This document shows positions 1-10,883 of a DNA stretch of 64,000 nucleotides, one piece after another. The stretch comes from Carpediemonas membranifera BICM (Eukaryota > Protista > Fornicata): the NCBI GenBank assembly GCA_019828565.1, contig JAHDYR010000064.1, positions 558,001 through 622,000 on the forward strand, written 5' to 3'. Under the pieces are notes generated by a model that worked only from the letters and a program-made list of their open reading frames with translations, ran no database searches and was not told the DNA's origin. How positions within the stretch are numbered: position 1 is the first letter of the stretch; the number at the start of each line of letters is the position of its first letter. A program made the translations under genes and the position numbers.

Positions 1-1754
1 GGCGATGTCAGCGAAGCCCATGGCGGCCCCGCGGGCGTACTTATGGGCACCGAGGCTGGTCTCGTACTCGACGAGCTGGACGTACTCGGTCAGGGCGTGC
101 TTGCGGAGGGCGAAGTGGTGGAAGTCGAACTCGTCCTCCCGCATCGCCGCGAACATCCTCGTCACGTCCCGGTAGTCCCTGAGCGCCAGAAGCAGCTCCC
201 CGGCCCTCGTCCGGGACCGTGCGGTCGTGACCTTAAAGTGCTGGTTTTGGAGCTCGACGACGCAGATGTCGGGCTCGTCGCGGATAAACGCCCGCAGCGT
301 CTCATCAGCGGCCCTGAAGTCGCCCAGGCGGGCCCATGCGTGGTATGCAACGGTGTTCATGAAGCGGTCGTTGGGGTCCATGCGGCGGGCTGCCTCCAGC
401 GTCTCGGCGGCCTCGCGGATAGCGCCGTTGTGCTTGAGAGCAGTGCCGAGGAGCTCGTAAAGCACAAGGTGCGGCTCCGCAACGTCTGCGTCAACCAGGC
501 CGTCGTCGTCGTTGTCGCCGACGGACGGGTACTCCTTTGCACGCTCAAACAGCTCCCGGGCCAGCCCCAGGGCCGCCTCGGCGTGGCTGAGGGCGGTGGG
601 CGCGTCTGCGTCGGCCATGGCGTGGTGGTGGAGGTAGACGTGCAGCCAGACCTTGGTCTCGTCTGGGGCATCCGTCTCGAGCTGGTCAACGGCGTACTGC
701 CGCACGAGGGGCCGAACGTGCGGGCGGACGGCGTAGAGGCGGGCTAGCTCCCGGTACAGCGAGGGCGACCGCTTGGCAATGGACTTCTTCACCAAAGCCG
801 TCACGACCGTCATCACAGACCCCTCGGGCCCGTAGAGCGCCGGGATGAAGCGCGTCACGTGGGACCTGGGGTAGCGGGCGATGAGGTCGTCGTAACGGGA
901 GGCGAGGTCCGCAGGGCTCTCGGCCAGCGCCTTGACGACCATCTCGTGGGCCTCGATGTCGTCTGGGTTGAGCTGCATGAACTGCTCAAAGGACACCATG
1001 TCGGGGGCACCGGCATCGCACGACAGCTGCAGACGGAGCCTGGTGGCCTGGTACTGGTCGAGGATGTCGCCGCGGTGCTGGTCGAGTGAGGCCAGGGCCG
1101 CTTCGGGGCCGTGCGCCTTCATGTTGCAGACGACCTCGAACATCCTGAGGTGGGAGAGCTCCACGGGGGTGATCTCAGCCTTCGTCTGCGCCTCGGCCTG
1201 GATGAGCTGGTCGATCGTGTTGGCCGCGTCCCCGAAGGCGCCGGTTAGGTACTGACCGACAGCCACGCCGTACCAGTTCTGCCTGTCGCGAGTGCGGAGG
1301 GTGAGCATGCGGCGGCGGGTGTCGAGAAAGGCGTCGAAGTCGCGGCTCATTGCTTGCATCATAGACAGATCCCGCGCCACCTGCTGGTTCGTCTTCTCAA
1401 TCAATGAAGCAGCCTTGTAGCACGCCACAGCGCGGACGTAGTCCTTGTCATTCCGGGCAATGAGCCCGTTCACGTGAGGAACGATGTGGCACGTTTTGCA
1501 AGCATACTGCTCAGCCTCGCGGGCAAGCTGGCGTCCCTCCTCCTTACGGCCCATTGAATGGAGCAAAAGAGCCTTCATGGCCATCGTCTCGCCATGGTTA
1601 TGATGACTCTCTAGGATTTGGTCACAGACTTTGATTCCCTTCTTGTTATGGTTGAGATCGTGATGTTTCTGTGTAAAATATGTATGATAGAACAAACAAA
1701 GATCTCCTTGAACAGGTTCTTCTCCTTCTGGCTGAAGCCGTCGAGGTGATTCAT
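1..1754 (-). CDS. NAA15: NatA N-terminal acetyltransferase auxiliary subunit (Naa15/Nat1), TPR protein; 3' end runs off window; intron 1669-1697
   Basis: Manual translation MNHLDGFSQKEKNLFKEIF/KHHDLNHNKKGIKVCDQILESHHNHGETMAMKALLL...ARRMDPNDRFMN...EDEFDFHHFALRK matches Naa15 motifs; 29-nt GTTTGT..TTACACAG intron restores frame. Not in ORF track. Confidence 0.9.
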
Positions 1755-2120
1755 GCCTCTGGTTTGCAAGCAACATAAACTGCGGCGTCAATCATGCTCC
1801 TCCGGAGAGGGCCAAATGGACTAGAAGGTGCCAGAATTCGCAACTCGTCGTCTAAACTTTCTCAAGCTGTGTTGATTCTATTTCGTGAAGTGTTCACTTC
1901 AATGGGGAAGTTTTGTGGGAGTCAGTCAACCTATCGCGAGCGTGGTGCATTGGTGAGCATGCTGTTCTACGTCAGTGGATGCCAATGCTCTCGAGTGTTG
2001 TTTGATATTGATTATTGTTTTGATCATCCGTCCGAAGAAAGACTTTGAATCGGGTTTGTTTACCATCACTGCCCCAGAACCAGGGCAGTGACTCAATGTC
2101 ACTGAGATTTACCTGGCTTC

Positions 2121-2696
2121 TTAAAGCTTACGGAACTCGAACTCGACGTCCTTGGAGGTCATGTTCTTGTAGACAGTGGCGAAGCACTCAAGACGGAACT
2201 CGGCGGTGGAGCGGTCGGCGGGGTCGAGGAAGACGTTGATGCGGCGGGAAGAGTCAACGCAGTAGCGGGTCTGCTTGCCGGTGATCTTGACGGGGTAGAC
2301 GAGGTCCTCAAGAAGGGAGTCGTGGACGGCAGTAAGAGTGCGAGAGTGGGGGCGGTTGATACGGCCGGCACGGACGCGCTTGGCCTGCTTGGCGACGATG
2401 CGGCGGTCAGCAACGACGACAACGGTGCGGGCAAGCTTCTTCTCAAGCTCACGGACGAGCTTGGTCTGGATCTTCTGGAAGGCAGTAAGGAAGGGAACGG
2501 GGACATAGACGATAGCAGCCATCTCAGTCTCGTTCACCTTAACCTCAACGGCGCGGGAGAAGAAGAGAGTCTTGAGGGCAGCGCCAAACTCGGCGTGCTG
2601 CTCAAGATCAAACACGGCCTCAGCAACGCTGCGCTCGAACTCGGTGGGCTCGGAGCCATCAACCTTCTTAATCTTCCAGCTGGGGAAAGCGGCCAT
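2121..2696 (-). CDS. RPS7: 40S ribosomal protein S7 (eS7)
   Basis: KLVRELEKK, RPHSRTLTAVHDSLLEDLVYP motifs; strong codon bias. Confidence 0.97.
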   Translation of the reverse strand: MAAFPSWKIKKVDGSEPTEFERSVAEAVFDLEQHAEFGAALKTLFFSRAVEVKVNETEMAAIVYVPVPFLTAFQKIQTKLVRELEKKLARTVVVVADRRIVAKQAKRVRAGRINRPHSRTLTAVHDSLLEDLVYPVKITGKQTRYCVDSSRRINVFLDPADRSTAEFRLECFATVYKNMTSKDVEFEFRKL

Positions 2697-2926
2697 TGTT
2701 CACACGATCCTTCTCTGAAGCAGAGAGGTTTTGAAGGTTTGGATGAAAATGGCAAAAACCCATGATCGCCTGTATTCAACCCATAAAGTTACAAACTGCT
2801 GTTGGCAAGCTAGTTTGGGCAGTTCGTGGTGTTTTCAGAATTATGAATTTGTCTTGGTGCCCACTCTGCCACCGCCATGGCGGGCCGACCCCAAATCGCG
2901 GATCAGTCAGGCTGAAGAGATTGTGT

Positions 2927-3574
2927 TTACATGTTAGCAATGCCAGCGACCTTAACAGGGCCCTTCTCGAGCTTGCTGACAATGGCGGCGATGGCGGCCT
3001 TGCTGGGGCAGATGAATCTGCCCTCTGCCATGAATCCGTCATGGCCAAGGTCGGAGCCGATCAGAGTATCAAACGCTGCTTTCGCGATGTGGGTCGGGAC
3101 GTGCTGGCCCAGGGCTGCCCGGACACTTTCCACACTGCCCTGGCCTCTCAAACGGATGCTGTCTGCCAGTCGAGCCTGTGTGGCATCTGAGAGGGCGTCT
3201 GCCATGAGGTCGGCGTAGCGGTGCCGGCAGACGAGAGAACACTTGTCCCGAACGGCGCGGTACTCAGCCGAGTGTGAACGCTCGCGGTCCTCCTCTTCCT
3301 TGGCTCGGCGGTTATCTTCCTTCTGCTGCCTGGCAAGCTGCTCACCACGACGTTTCTCCTCCAGCTCGAGAGCCTTGCGCTTCCGCTCCTCTCGTTCGGC
3401 GGCCTCATGGGCCTCAAACTGTCGTCGCTCATCCCTTTCCTCCTCTAGGCGCCTCTTCTTCATAGATGTGTAACCTGCGTGTTCAGCGCCGGTTTCTGTG
3501 TCATTGATTCGAGAATAAGAACGAACTTGTTTCCTCTTCCGCTGCATGCTTCCTGGTCCGAGAAATGAAGACAT
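2927..3574 (-). CDS. Hypothetical charged coiled-coil protein
   Basis: ~215 aa ORF, E/R/K-rich central helix, basic NLS-like patches; start at first ATG. Confidence 0.6.
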   Translation of the reverse strand: MSSFLGPGSMQRKRKQVRSYSRINDTETGAEHAGYTSMKKRRLEEERDERRQFEAHEAAEREERKRKALELEEKRRGEQLARQQKEDNRRAKEEEDRERSHSAEYRAVRDKCSLVCRHRYADLMADALSDATQARLADSIRLRGQGSVESVRAALGQHVPTHIAKAAFDTLIGSDLGHDGFMAEGRFICPSKAAIAAIVSKLEKGPVKVAGIANM

Positions 3575-4070
3575 ATCCAACACTACCTCCTATAAACAGC
3601 ACGATAATAGGTGCAACCGCGATCAAGATCTCAACAACTGTCAAGTTTCCCATCGATTACCCGCACTCAATTCATCAGCTGATTGGTGTGCCAGATCCTC
3701 AGACACACTGATGCAGTGACCATGTCAGGCAACTGAGAGCAGAACAACGGGCTCGCAGTCACTTGGTCCTCGTTCTAGCTATCGACCCTCATCGACGCCT
3801 CACTCAGAGCGCCACTGGCAGACGAAACGGTGTGAACAGTGTGGAAACGCGATTAGGTGGATGTAAACACGTTGCATTGCCACCAGTCGGGCAAGCGATG
3901 GCAGTGGTCCGGCTCACTACTGCTGTTTCGTATACCGTCGCTGACGAACTCGTTCCTCGATCTCGGGAGAAACCGACTACATCTTTGAGACTGACTGCTT
4001 GTCGCGAGAGAAATGCACCTTTAAAACAAGAGGATCCGGATTTACTTGGGGGGTCCGGTGTTTTACTGCC

Positions 4071-4496
4071 TTAAAGACGGCGACCACGGCGGGAGCCCTT
4101 GCGGCGGGTGCTATCGGTAGGGATGGGGGTAACATCCTCGATGCGGCCGATCTTAAGGCCAGTGCGGGCAAGAGCGCGGATAGCGGACTGGGCACCGGGG
4201 CCGGGGGAGCGGGAACCGACACCACCAGTAGCGCGAAGCTTGATGTGGATGGCAGTAACGCCAAGCTGCTGAAGGCGCTCAGCAACCTTCTGGGCGGCGA
4301 GCATAGCGGCATAGGGAGAAGACTCATCGCGGTTAGCCTTCACCATCATGCCACCAGTGACGCGGGAAAGGGTCTCCTTGCCAGACAGATCCGTAACGTG
4401 GACGAAGGTGTCATTGTAGGAAGCATAAAGGTGGCAAACAGCTACCACCTCCTTTCCGGCGGGAACGGTGGGAAGAACGATCTCCTTAGTCGCCAT
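4071..4496 (-). CDS. RPS14: 40S ribosomal protein S14 (uS11)
   Basis: [29 protein letters not shown]-terminal [11 protein letters not shown]. Confidence 0.98.
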   Translation of the reverse strand: MATKEIVLPTVPAGKEVVAVCHLYASYNDTFVHVTDLSGKETLSRVTGGMMVKANRDESSPYAAMLAAQKVAERLQQLGVTAIHIKLRATGGVGSRSPGPGAQSAIRALARTGLKIGRIEDVTPIPTDSTRRKGSRRGRRL

Positions 4497-4530
4497 GTAG
4501 GTCTCTTTTCAGCGTTCGCTCGTCGAAGCT

Positions 4531-4548
4531 TTTTTTTCATGAAAAAAA
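4531..4548. promoter_or_regulatory. Palindromic T7-CATG-A7 motif upstream of RPS14
   Basis: TTTTTTTCATGAAAAAAA ~35 nt upstream of ATG; near-identical motif upstream of RPS6. Confidence 0.45.
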
Positions 4549-5091
4549 TTGTTCAGTTTTTTGGAAAAAAAGAAAGCGAAATTGGCCATGATAGAAACAG
4601 CGCCATGGTCTTGCCGGCACGTTGCCGAACGTGACCGACTGTAATTAGAGCTTAGGTTCTCGAGCGCAGCAGGGGTGACACCTTTGGCAATGATGCTGAT
4701 CGTGCCATCAGAAAGTTGTCAGGAAGGATCCAAGGTCGTCCCAGCAGAATCATTGCACTTCAATGTCGTTCAGCGCTAACCGAGTTTATGGTGTCGACAA
4801 TGAATGGGACGAATGTCAGGAGTCCCGGGGGGGGGGGTCAGGGACTTAGTCGACTAAATGACTCGACGTGAGAGGCCAGGAAGGGTCAAGGGTGATCTCA
4901 GGCTTACCGCAAGACACCAGCTATAGGACGCCGAGTGTGGTTATGGAGTGGGCGATGATTATGTCGTCTATGCTGGGTCATTCTCGACGCTGGTGTCAAG
5001 GCGAGTCAAGCCGCTACCCCGCCAGCGCCAGTCATCGAATCCTGAGAGAGTTTATCGAAACCACTGTTACCATCATAAACTGGATGTTCCA

Positions 5092-6747
5092 CTACCTTGC
5101 CGCACGGACGCCTCGTAACGTGCTGCCCGAGATGGGCACGAAGTCCCTGGTCACATCCAGATTCGAGAACTGCTCGTGGAGGCTGATGGTCTTGCCCCTG
5201 AGCTGTGCCATGTTCGTGCGTGGGGCCAACATGGGCGGCCGCCTCGGCACCTTGGCGGTCCGCGTTGCCTGCATCGCCCTTTCGGTGAGCCGGGCACGGA
5301 CATCGCTGAAAATGTCCCGGGAGTTGTTCTGCTGCTCACGCCGCTTGTCTGCATTGAATTCCGCCAACCGGGCAGCCGCCCCCTGCGGGTTTGTCCGTGC
5401 AAGCTCGTATAAGAACGTCGCCGTCGACCCGCTCGAGTTCGTCCCCGTTCGTGAAAGCCGCTGGGCCGACCCCCGAAATGGACCTGCCGTCCGCACAGGC
5501 GTGTACATGCGCGTCGTCTGTGCCCGCCGCAGCAGAGTTCCCGTCGCAGGCCGGGTTCTGTCCCGTAACCCCGCGGTGGTCATTCCATTGCTTGCCCGTG
5601 ACCCCGACCGCACGACGGCTGTACCGACACGATACATTGTGCCGGTCGCTCCCTGGTCACCCCCTACCATGGTATGACAAAGCGACGTCGTTCCTGCCCG
5701 ACTAGATCTCAACGAACGGTCGCTGGGCGATCGTTGGCTGCTCTGGGTCGGGACCGGGGCCCGCTGTGGCGTGGCAGGCCTCTGCTGGGCCTCCCTGCGT
5801 ACGGTGGCGGAGATAGGGCGGACCCGGACGCTTTGCATTGACTCTGGTGTCCGGACTTCCACCGGTTCGAGGTTGTCACAGTCGTTGATGCAGTCGACAA
5901 CCGAGAACGAATGAAAGGGGCCAGTTTGCCCACCCTCGGCGGCCATAAACTGCAGCCTAGTGACGGACAGCAGCGTGACGGGAAGCCGGGCTCCAAGTCC
6001 CCTCAGCTTCTTGCCCGCCAGCATCAGCGACAGGCCCGTGAGGTCGATGCCGTGGACGCTCGAGACGTGCGAGGCAACCAGAGCGATAGTCCGCTTGAGG
6101 TAAGCAGACATAGCAGCGCCGCACGCGACCGGGAGTTGGTATTCATAGCCGCGGGCCGTGTCGGACGTGTTGGTGACGCCGACAGACAGTCTTGGGCCGG
6201 GGACGTATAGCTGCACCGCGAAGGGGAAGCAGAGGCTCTGGAACATGCCTGCATGCTCCCCATGCCGCGTGTTCGGGATGGTGTCAGGATGTGTGCGGGG
6301 GACCTCGAGCTGACCAGTGAATCCGTAGTCTAGCACGGCATGCAGCTCGTTCTCGAAGATGTGGCAGGGCGGAAGTCTGCCCTGGAAGACGGATGCGTGC
6401 TCGACGGACCCGAACTCGTTCATTTCGCGGAGCCTTTGGAACGACGCCTGGATTGCCTCAATAGTTGTGTCCTGCGTCGATACTCGAACGATTCCATTGT
6501 ACTTCGCTGAATATACTGCGTTAGTGGGCAGATAATGCAACGAACGATACCAATCGGCGACCTTTGGCGCCGTGAACACGACTGTTGGTGGAATAGGGAT
6601 CGACAGACGCGAATTGTCGGGCCCCCAAAGCAATGGGAACGAGCGACTCTTGTCGACGACTGCACGTTCCTCTTGTCGCATACTTCGCTCCATTTCCACT
6701 TCTTTGAAATTTTGCCGTTCGGTCGATCGCCGAAATATCCGGCTCAC
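5092..6747 (-). CDS. Hypothetical protein with basic R/T-rich disordered C-terminal half
   Basis: 551 aa ORF with coding-like codon usage; no family recognised. Confidence 0.7.
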   Translation of the reverse strand: MSRIFRRSTERQNFKEVEMERSMRQEERAVVDKSRSFPLLWGPDNSRLSIPIPPTVVFTAPKVADWYRSLHYLPTNAVYSAKYNGIVRVSTQDTTIEAIQASFQRLREMNEFGSVEHASVFQGRLPPCHIFENELHAVLDYGFTGQLEVPRTHPDTIPNTRHGEHAGMFQSLCFPFAVQLYVPGPRLSVGVTNTSDTARGYEYQLPVACGAAMSAYLKRTIALVASHVSSVHGIDLTGLSLMLAGKKLRGLGARLPVTLLSVTRLQFMAAEGGQTGPFHSFSVVDCINDCDNLEPVEVRTPESMQSVRVRPISATVRREAQQRPATPQRAPVPTQSSQRSPSDRSLRSSRAGTTSLCHTMVGGDQGATGTMYRVGTAVVRSGSRASNGMTTAGLRDRTRPATGTLLRRAQTTRMYTPVRTAGPFRGSAQRLSRTGTNSSGSTATFLYELARTNPQGAAARLAEFNADKRREQQNNSRDIFSDVRARLTERAMQATRTAKVPRRPPMLAPRTNMAQLRGKTISLHEQFSNLDVTRDFVPISGSTLRGVRAAR

Positions 6748-6991
6748 AGTCGTAGTTCACAACACAGAATGCTCACACCCACAAATTGTGTACTCAGCTC
6801 AGCAGACGGAGTCCTGGTACGAAGACACTGCCAGGCAAGCAGAGCTATGTTGCCAATTCAATCTGGCGCTTGGCTGGAGGGACAAAAATAGACGGAAGCC
6901 GAGACCGAGCTTTATCATCCACTCGTACCCGTGCCGACAGCAGCAATCTTGTTTATTTGCAGGGTCTGGTTGGTTTGCGGCGATCAATCGG

Positions 6992-7229
6992 TCACTGGTT
7001 GATGGGGAGCAGGTTTTGCTGCTGTAGCTTCTGACGGAGGATCTGAGAGAACTCGTCGTTCTCATCAAATTCCCAGTCGCTCTCCCATTCCTTGTTCTTC
7101 TGAGCAAGCTCGGCATCAAGGTCATCAAGGCATATGTCTCCTGTGTGATTGTTGGAACAACTGAAACAAACTATTCTCGAATTCTGGGAAGGAATCGTCT
7201 TCAGTGAATACAATCTCGTCGCTGCTCAT
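6992..7229 (-). CDS. SEM1: Sem1/DSS1 proteasome lid subunit; intron 7141-7171
   Basis: Spliced product MSSDEIVFTEDDSFPEFENRDICLDD...EWESDWEFDENDEFSQILRQKL has both acidic/aromatic DSS1 motifs; 31-nt intron. Confidence 0.85.
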
Positions 7230-7337
7230 TGTATGCGTAGTCCGTAATTGGTCCGCAGTCGTTGTCTGACAAGTTAATGCATCCTTTTACGCAATGATAA
7301 ATGGCTCAAGACACCTCTGACAACAAATCAGCGCTAT

Positions 7338-10300
7338 TTACAGGATCGCACAGGCGCCACTCGACTGCTTCTGCACGACATACCGCACCTCGACTTCCCG
7401 GCCGTTCTCGATGAGATACTCAACCTTGTCGTACTTGACGCCGTCGATCACGACGTCCTTAGCGATCTCCTTGTCGCTATCCACATAGTTCTGGATCGAA
7501 CCGTTCTCCATGACAATGCCAAGCATGCTGGTCCGCCGACTGTGGCCGGTAGGGGCGAGCTTCGTGGGGAACATGCCTGGGCTACCAGACCCGCTGTCGG
7601 CCGACGTGGCGCTCAGCTCGCCGTCCTCGGGTATTGCCAGGGACATGCCTGTCGTGGCGTCCGTCTCGAACAGGGCGGGCGGGGCACCGTCCCGGGGCGG
7701 CGGGATCATCGAGTGGCGGCGGGAGATGAACGCGGGGTTGCCCGGCATGATGGAGTTCCGCCGCTGGTCCTGGGCTGTCGTCATCGGGCGTGCCTCCTTG
7801 GTCTGCTCACCGTAGACGTCGACGATGAGGACGTCCTCCTTGAGGAAGTTGAGGAACTCGGGCGTGACGGGGTCCGCGATGAACGTGTGCTCGTGGTTGA
7901 TGGCTGGGTTCGTCGTGACGACGGGACACTTCTCGGACGTCACGGGGTCCTCGATGAACCAGTGGTACTTCACGTGGACGTTCTTACACAAGTTGTGCGG
8001 CAGCCCCATCACCTTCACCACCTTCACCTTCAGCCGTGCGACCGTGCCCGGCTCGCACCAGTCGTCGTCGTCGATCTCGCCCTCCACACCGTCCTCCGTT
8101 ACGGGGTAGACGCCCAGCTCGAGGATGCCGCGCTCCTTGGACGTGCTGTCGACGATGGGCGTCTTCAACTCGCTGGGGATGCCGTACGACGTGAGCTCGA
8201 GCAGCAGCTGAGCCGACCCGATGAGCTCCGCCCTGTTCTCGTCGTAGAAGGGGTCCTGATCGAGGGGCAGGTCCTTGAGGGCGTCCTCGCCGACCTCTTG
8301 ATAGTTGTTGAACAGCTCCCGCATGACGTAGAGCCGCTCCTCGAAGTCGTCGAACTCCCACAGGGCCCTGCGGTCGATGTCGGGGTCCGTCGCGGCCACC
8401 ATCACCTGCGTCTGGTCGTCCTTGCCGTGGACGTCCTGCCGCAGCTCCACCTCGAACGTCATGCCGCGGTCGAGCTCCTCCGAGATGACATTGGCCTCGT
8501 CGATAAGGGGAAGGGCCCTGCCGAGGAGGTCCTCGAGGATGTTGCGGGCCTCGGCCTTCTTCACGGCGGACTGGCGCTGGGACTCAAGCTCCCGCTCCAT
8601 CTCGGCCATCTTCTGCTTCATCTCCTCCTGCTGCGCCTTGAACGTCGCCTGCCGGAACGCCGCCTGGGCGTCGGTCGTGCCCTTGGCGGTCTTCTTGAGC
8701 AGGTCCTCCTGCTCCTTCAACCTGGCCTCAGCCTCGGCCTGCTGCAGCTTGATCCGCTCCTCGAGCTCCTTGATCTTCTCGTCCATCGCGGCGGCCTCGA
8801 CCGGGTCCACTTGTGTCATGCCCTTGCTCGCCATCTGCTTGTCCCCGAACTCCTTGTGGGCCATCCTGAAGTCGATCGGCGGGGGCTGGTAAACGAGGCC
8901 CTGGGCCGCCGCCTCCTCCTGGAGCTCCTTGAGTCGCTTCGGGTCGATGAATTTGAACGTGTAGTTCTTGCCAATGATGATACGGTCGCCCATCGCCAGG
9001 GTCGCGGGATCGCTCATCCGGTCGCCGTTGCGGTGGACCTCAGCGCCCTGGGCGGGTGTGAGCGTCACCTCCCACACCTCGTCGTCGCCGTCGCCCCCAA
9101 TCTTCTCGCTGTGGAAGGCGCAGTGTCGGTGAACGATGCCGACGCCCTGCAGTGGGATGTCAGGCGGGTCGGCGGCGTCCTTCTTGCCGAAAACGATGGT
9201 GTCCTTGTCGGTGAGGGAGTACACGAGCGTCTCATTCATCATTGGGTCTTCGTGCAGGTTCACCAGGTGCGGCTGCTTGATGTTCACGCTCGCCCCACCC
9301 ATCAGCGCCTTGTTGCGCTCCTGCTCCTTGGCGAGCTCCTCCCTCATCTTCGCCTCCATCTTCTCGCGCCACGAGTCCTCTAGCTTCGCCATGATCGCGG
9401 GGTCCACCGACTCGGCGGTGGCGTCCCCAGCGACGGGGGCGGGGGCGCCGGTCCCGTTACGGGCGGCGAGCTCGGCCCTGAGGCGCTGGATCTCCTCCTT
9501 GAGCTCGCGGATGAGCTTGGCGTTGGGGCTCTCGTTCTTCTTGGCACTGTTCTTGATCTTCTTTGCCCTGTCAGCGTACCTGAGCGTGCTGAGGGTCTCC
9601 TCGTAGTTGATGTCCGCGGGCGACAGCGCGGCGACCATGGCTGTCTTGGAATTTCCGCCGAGACTCTCCTGCAGGAGCCGGGTGAGGCTGGAGTCACGAT
9701 AGGGAACGACCATCTTGGCCTTGGGGTTCTTGGCCTTGTCCGCGAGGGCGCTGATGACGTTGCCTAGGGCGGAGAGCGACTTGTTGATGGCACCTGGATA
9801 AACACATATGGTAATAGTACAAACAGCCCTCCTTGAACGTCGACGAGTCGGCACCAGCGCTCAGGGCACCAGTGGAGGCGGCACGCTCGGACCCGGCAAG
9901 ATCGACGAGGTTGATCTTGGACTCAATGTCGCTAGCCTGCAGCGTACCCTTGTTGAGCTTCGTCTGCTTGAAGTAAATGGTGAAGACGGAGTGGGAGCGG
10001 GAGGATGTCGCGTTCATCGCCGTCGCCGCCACCGTTCTGTTCTTGGCGCCTGTGTCGATGAGACGCTCGATCTCGTCAGCGCTCGACACCTGCAGCCGCG
10101 AGAGGTTTTCGACGTATATTCCCTTTTTGACGTCCTCTCTGATCTTAAGTCCGCCCTGCTTGTTGTTTGCGGGATTGAAGAGATCTCGTACGATCTCGTT
10201 GTAGATCTCGAGGTACGCTACCTCCACAGTGTATGTCATCTCGTTGCCCTCCTCGTCGATGGGCTTGGCCCGCAGTTTGTCGAGTCGGACGAAGAGGTCG

Positions 10301-10693
10301 CGTACGGCAAGAGGGATGATGCCCTTGTCCTCGCCGTACCCCATGATGCTGTACGACTTGCCTGTGTAATGGGTGTGGGGTGTACTAACCAGAGCCTGTC
10401 TGGCCGTAGGCGAAAATGGTGGTGTTGTAGCCATTGAAGGCCTGCGTGAGGATATCCGTGCCGAGGTCATCGAACAGGTCCTGCTGCCCGTGGTTCTTAC
10501 GGCTATTGTCGTGGGACCAGTATGCGAAATCAAACTTGAAGTCCTTTGGTGGGACGTTCGTCTCCTTCGGGTTTGTGATTCGGACCATGCCTGGATTGTT
10601 CTCGGGCATTTCAATGATCACATTTGCCTTCCGATCCTTCTCTCGTTGGTTAAATGGACGTACGCGCACAGCAACTCTAACAGCGTCGCTCAT
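7338..10693 (-). CDS. Kinesin-3 family motor (KIF28/KLP-6/KIF13-like): motor, FHA, coiled coil, C2-like region, C-terminal CaaX; introns 10362-10389 and 9794-9824
   Basis: [22 protein letters not shown] (after splicing), [39 protein letters not shown] lead-in; ends SSGACAIL*. Confidence 0.93.
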
Positions 10694-10883
10694 GCTTGAT
10701 GAAAATTCTTGGGCAAAAGTGCTCGACGATAAACGAGGGACGCGGATTCGGCTGCTCGAGAGTGCCCAAGGGTCTCCAAGCTGATGAGTGTCTTGCCTTT
10801 GGTATATTCTACTCATCCACAAAACTGGAAGAGCGACGATACCAAAATAGATCTTCGAGATTCAGGGATTGCATTTACAGACC

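Noticed and set aside
4821-4858. G-run inside an AGTCCC/GGGACT stem plus TTAGTCGACTAA palindrome; possible snoRNA nearby
   Set aside because: Single occurrence, no canonical C/D boxes with a recognisable guide.
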